From positions 1-28,993 of the forward strand of contig NIVC01004178.1 of the NCBI GenBank assembly GCA_002269645.1: DNA of 28,993 bases, written 5' to 3'. Positions 24,405 to 28,993 of this stretch are shown here, in pieces. Origin of the DNA: Macrostomum lignano. Taxonomy: Eukaryota. The notes under the pieces were generated by a model, which saw only the letters and a list, made by a program, of their open reading frames with translations, had not been told where the DNA came from and did not search any database. Made by a program: the position numbers and the translations under genes. Each line of letters opens with the position of its first letter. Position 1 is the first letter of the stretch.

Positions 24405-24512
24405 AGGAGAGCTGAGAAGAGACCTTGAGCGGGCCGGGTTGCTATTCCAAAGTTTCAAAGGACCCGAGGGCCGGATAGAGAGGCTTGGCGAGCCGGAGTT
24501 TGCCGACCCTAG
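24405..24512 (+). mobile_element. Partial hAT-type MITE copy (right end)
   Basis: GAGCTGAGAAG..CCTTGAGCGGGCCGGGTTGCTATT...GGACCCGAGGGCCGGATAGAGAGGCT...GTTTGCCGACCCTAG is clearly homologous to 28100-28211. Confidence 0.75.
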
Positions 24513-25354
24513 CACTAAATGGACTGTATAACCTGCTGATTCTGGACTTTCGTATTCCGAAAAACTCTCCTTATTACTCGTGTAGCTACCCGATCCCTTT
24601 ATCAATTTAGCGTGTGACTTAGACATAGGTGAGAATGCGCTACTTGAAATGAACCGCAAGTCCGGCAGTTTCCACTCCAATTACTACTAGCTGGTAGTCC
24701 ATGAGTCTCGACTACATTAAAAATCTATTCTTTCCCACAAGCGGCTCTATAATGCCCGACCCCTCCAGCGGACCCCGGCAATAATTCAAGCGTCAAATGC
24801 ATATTCAAACGCGGTGGCGGCGGCAGTGCATGCTGGTAGAGAAACGGCCCGTTTCCTTCTTGCCCGCCAGTCCCCTTTCAGACTTGATCCTGCTCATAAA
24901 TATACTCTTCCTTTCAAATTCACAAGCAAGCTGCTCAACCTCCACTCCAACTCTCTATTGTCCAGTCTCGGGCGGGTCTCTGCTTAGAAGAGATCTGCTC
25001 TTCTCCCCCCTGTCTGGTAGTCTGGTAACTCCTCTCCCCTCCCCTTGCTCAGCCGTTTTGTTCCCAGGTTCCGAGGGTTGGACAGCCGGGTTTCCAGTTC
25101 CTTCAGTCGGTTGGAGCTTTTCAATTGATATTGATACGGTTATGGGCAGGGCTAGACTATATATAATAATGCATAGGTCTCAGTTCATACATACTGTGTA
25201 TTGTATAAGGGAAAGCGGCGAAGTGTCATCCCGGCACCGGCATAGGCATTTAGTTCTACATCTATCTATTATCCTAGCCAGGGAGTAACGGGATATAAAA
25301 AGCTAAACTATTAATATCATCACCGGCTTTCATAAACTGCTTTTTCACACCGAA

Positions 25355-25405
25355 TGTGAATTTGGGGAGTGTGAATTTGAGGAGTGTGAATTGGGGGATG
25401 TGAAA
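25355..25405. repeat. Short ~16-bp tandem repeat (GAGTGTGAATTTG[G/A]G), 3-4 copies
   Basis: Direct reading. Confidence 0.75.
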
Positions 25406-25437
25406 CAGCCTCCCTAAGCTTCATCACGACTCACGAC

Positions 25438-26555
25438 CCACTGAGGTAGACACTCCACTGAGGGGGTAGACACTCCACTGAGGGGTAGACACTCGACTGA
25501 GGGGGTAGACACTCGACTGAGGGTAGACACTCCACTGAGGGTGGACACTCCACTGAGGGTAGACACTCCACTGAGGGTAGACACTCCACTGAGGGTAGAC
25601 ACTCCACTGAGGGTGGACACTCCACTGAGGGTGGACACTCCACTGAGGGTAGACACTCCACTGAGGGTAGACACTCCACTGAGGGTAGACACTCCACTGA
25701 GGGTGGACACTCCACTGAGGGTAGACACTCCACTTAGGGTAGACACTCCACTGAAGGTAGACACTCCACTTAGGGTGGACACTCCACTTAGGGTGGACAC
25801 TCCACTTAGGGTGGACACTCCACTGAAGGTAGACACTCCACTGAGGGGGTAGACACTCCACTGAGGGGGTAGACACTCCACTGAGGGGGTAGACACTCGA
25901 CTGAGGGTAGACACTCCACTGAGGGTAGACACTCCACTGAGGGTGGACACTCGACCGAGGGTGGACACTCCACAGAGGGTGGACACTCCACAGAGGGTGG
26001 ACACTCCACTGAGGGTAGACACTCCACAGAGGGTGGACACTCCACTGAGGGTAGACACTCCACTGAGGGTAGACACTCGACTGAGGGTAGACACTCCACT
26101 GAGGGTAGACACTCGACTGAGGGTAGACACTCGACTGAGGGTAGACACTCCACTGAGGGGTAGACACTCGACTGAGGGTAGACACTCCACTGAGGGTAGA
26201 CACTCCACTGAGGGGTAGACACTCCACTTAGGGTGGACACTCCACTTAGGGTGGACACTCCACTGAAGGTAGACACTCCACTGAGGGTAGACACTCCACA
26301 GAGGGTGGACACTCCACTGAGGGTAGACACTCCACTGAGGGTGGACACTCGACCGAGGGTGGACACTCCACTGAGGGTGGACACTCCACTGAGGGTAGAC
26401 ACTCGACTGAGGGTAGACACTCCACTGAGGGTAGACACTCCACTGAGGGTAGACACTCCACTGAGGGTAGACACTCCACTGAGGGTAGACACTCCACTGA
26501 AGGTGGACAGGACACTCCACTGAGGGTAGACTCCACTGAGGATAGAGACTCCACC
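25438..26555. repeat. 18-bp minisatellite (GAGGGTAGACACTCCACT)n, about 60 copies
   Basis: Direct reading. The 6-aa periodic shadow ORFs (LRVDTP) confirm the period; G-run length variants shift the frame. Confidence 0.98.
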
Positions 26556-27990
26556 GAAGGAAGAGACAGCAGAGGAAGGCAGAGATTCTTCCAATGGTTA
26601 TAGGTAGAGACCACCTGACATTGTCTAGTTGCCTAGGGCAAAAAGCTGTTTTGATAGTACTCTGGGAAGATCTAGACTCTAGAGTGGGCTGTTGATGGCG
26701 GCGCCGGCTCGAGGCTGCGAAATCCAAGAGTAGAGCAGAGATCATTAGGAAGCGCGGCGTCGTTGAAACTTGGAAAACTCGAGCTGAGAGGAATCTTGAA
26801 AAAAGGTATAATGGGAGAGCAATCTCTATGGTCTCATTGGCTTGGCTAATTTGTTCGCTCGCGCAGCGCACGATTGCCAAGGCCTGGAAATCCGGGTCTA
26901 TGGTCTACTTTTTGTCGCCAACCTCTTCTTATGCTCTCGGACCTCTTGAGAAGCCGGCCGACCACGAGCTCATCCACCAATTTATCCATCCATTGCACCT
27001 CACATTCGAGTGGCGCCTGCCTTGGTGGGGTGTCACACGGCCGAACACCTTTTTACTCGAGTCTATGAAACTGTTCCAGCCTAATTAGGCCTCAAGCTAC
27101 CGCATCGAGCCGGCTCGCAGACACTTGGCCAAGTAAAATGATCATTGAACTCTTCAAAAGTATTAGTTAGACTCCAACTTGTGTGTCGCCGTGGAACTGC
27201 AACGAATGAGGGAATTTCCTGGCGTAAACGAAGTGGAAAACAACCCTAGACAATTTTTTTCTGTAAAAGCTTATTTGATCCTTCAATCCTATAGTTGCCA
27301 AGAAGGGCTGCTCAATGTGCTCAAGCCCAGTGGATGGCGTTTTAATTGGCATGATGGCGGGTGGGTGCCGAGGGTCTGTGATTTTTCAGCTATACCGGCT
27401 TGGAGATTGTGTTGGAGTTTATGAAGCCAAGTGACTAGGAGAACTATGAAAATTTCTACATCAAACAGGTTTGTTATTGTGCAAAAAACGTACTTTTATG
27501 TACTTTCTAAGTTTACAAAGAAGAAAAACACCTGCAGCCTGACTGGGCAGACATGAAGATTTCCCAGAGTCCAGTAAGTGCTATCATGTTCACGTAAATA
27601 ACTTCGTTCATTTATAAGGCCACTCGGTTCGGTTGGGCAGAAAAACAGTTCCGCCAGTAAGTTTACCGCCTTGATTGCTCTTCATCAGTGACATCTATTT
27701 TTCATTCGGAGCCGAAGAGAATTGCTTTCTCAAGCAGGCCGGTTGTATATCAAGCTCTTTTCTTACTTTCTTTTATCTGTACCAAGAATCTTAGCAGCTC
27801 CGAAGATCTTCTATTTTCCTCCAGTGGCTTTGCTTTCCTTGACGCAAAGAAGATACCCCCCCCCCGTCCTCCATTTTCCCGAATCCCCAAACGTCTGCTA
27901 GGATGCAATAACAACCTTTGTATCATATAAAACAGTGCATTACTTAGAGATTTCTTGCTTTTTGAATGCTCAGGCTCAGATACAATATAT

Positions 27991-28211
27991 CAGGGGTTGG
28001 CAGATCTATCCCATGACTGCGGGCCAAATGAGGGGAGAGAGGAGATGGAATAGAAAAGAGAGGAGAGGAGAGAAGAGATAGGGAGAGGAGATTAGAGAAG
28101 AGAGCTGAGAAGCGACACAAACCTTGAGCGGGGCCGGATTGCTATTGTGAAGTTTAGAGGACCCGAGTGCCGGATAGAGAGGCTCGGTGGGCCGCAGTTT
28201 GCCAACCCCTG
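27991..28211 (+). mobile_element. 221-bp non-autonomous hAT-type (Charlie/MER58-like termini) MITE
   Basis: Perfect 12-bp terminal inverted repeat CAGGGGTTGGCA...TGCCAACCCCTG, subterminal GCGGGCCAAAT and a GA-rich interior. No clean 8-bp TSD (CAATATAT vs CATAACAA). Confidence 0.8.
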
Positions 28212-28890
28212 CATAACAACGCGACCCTGAAATTCGGCTAGCAGGCCACTCATTTGACTGCCAACAAGTTTAGATTAGCGTTAGTGTTTTGAGTTAAGGC
28301 CAAGATTAAGATTAAGGCCGGCAGTCAAATGGCTTGATTGGCTGACAATCGTAGTGGCGCAGTCTCGGGGGTCATGGGATCCCCCCTAAGATGGCCGACC
28401 ATTAATTAAAGTTTGGAATCCTAATTTTTAGGTTTGACACGACTTTAAAAGCAAAAAGTCTAAATGGCTGGAAGATAAATCTGGAATCCATATACTAAAA
28501 ATGAAAATCTTGCTTGTTATACTATAGGGCGACGCTCGCAGCATTCCACAGATTCTCGATCTCTTCTAATATCTGTATGTACATTAACTGTATGTACATC
28601 CTGATGCGTGAGGCGGCCGTGGGTGGGGATGAGCTGGGGGCCCGGCTTAAGGCAGCCGCCTCCTCCACTAAAACACAACCAATGTACATTGGCGACTAGT
28701 GTATGTACATTGCACGGCTAAAAATAAGATCTGCGGATTTCTGTTATCTTTTTGTCTCAAAATAAAACTAAGTAAAGTAGATATAGTCTGGCGCTTGCAC
28801 ACCCCAGTTAGTGTGACTGTGAACGAACCTAACTCCATTAAACTATACCTGAACCTGAAGACATTTGACTTCAGTTATTTACGCGTAATT

Positions 28891-28993
28891 CAGGTCTAGG
28901 CAAACTACGGCCCGCGAAGCCTCTTTACCTCTATTCGGCTCTCGGGTGCGTGAAACTTCACAATAGCAATCCGGCCCGCTCAAGGTTTGTGTT
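28891..28993 (-). mobile_element. Third hAT-type MITE copy, inverted, truncated by the window end
   Basis: CAGGTCTAGGCAAACTACGGCCCGCG terminus. The reverse complement contains ACACAAACCTTGAGCGGGCCGGATTGCTATTGTGAAGTTT, nearly identical to 28116-28155. Confidence 0.82.

Noticed and set aside
1-26555. Regularly spaced repeats as possible CRISPR arrays
   Set aside because: Units are head-to-tail with no unique spacers, there are no cas genes, and the context is a spliced eukaryotic gene.
21283-26880. ORFs over the 16-mer, GA tract and 18-mer (PKFSHTKIL, ERGE/SPL, LRVDTP/SGVSTL)
   Set aside because: They are repeat or low-complexity translations, open on several frames at once.
24520-27930. Short ORFs in unique segments as decayed retroelement or transposase genes
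   Set aside because: I could recognise no RT, endonuclease or DDE motifs. A tBLASTx/HMM search against Repbase or Dfam proteins would be needed.

Overview
Eukaryotic (probably invertebrate animal) genomic DNA, roughly 60% of it tandem repeats. The only supportable gene is a 4-exon, minus-strand 5'-nucleotidase-family metallophosphoesterase (exons 13420-12802, 12188-11995, 11161-10817, 10309-9713; 584 aa when spliced; GT-AG introns). It resembles the signal-peptide-less Drosophila CG11883 type. Around and inside it lie about a dozen different minisatellites (14-35 bp units), including a 21-bp array of at least 8.87 kb and a different array in each intron. There are also three related hAT-type MITE copies, a CORE-SINE-like fragment and a 509-bp pure purine tract. 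Nearly all long ORFs in the track are translation shadows of repeats. I found no multi-gene novel system. The most interesting signals are about how the repeats arise: an intron array whose unit matches its own splice donor, a CACTC/GAGTG core shared by most arrays, and a purine tract expanded from a MITE interior. The repeat landscape would fit a flatworm such as Macrostomum, but that is a guess.
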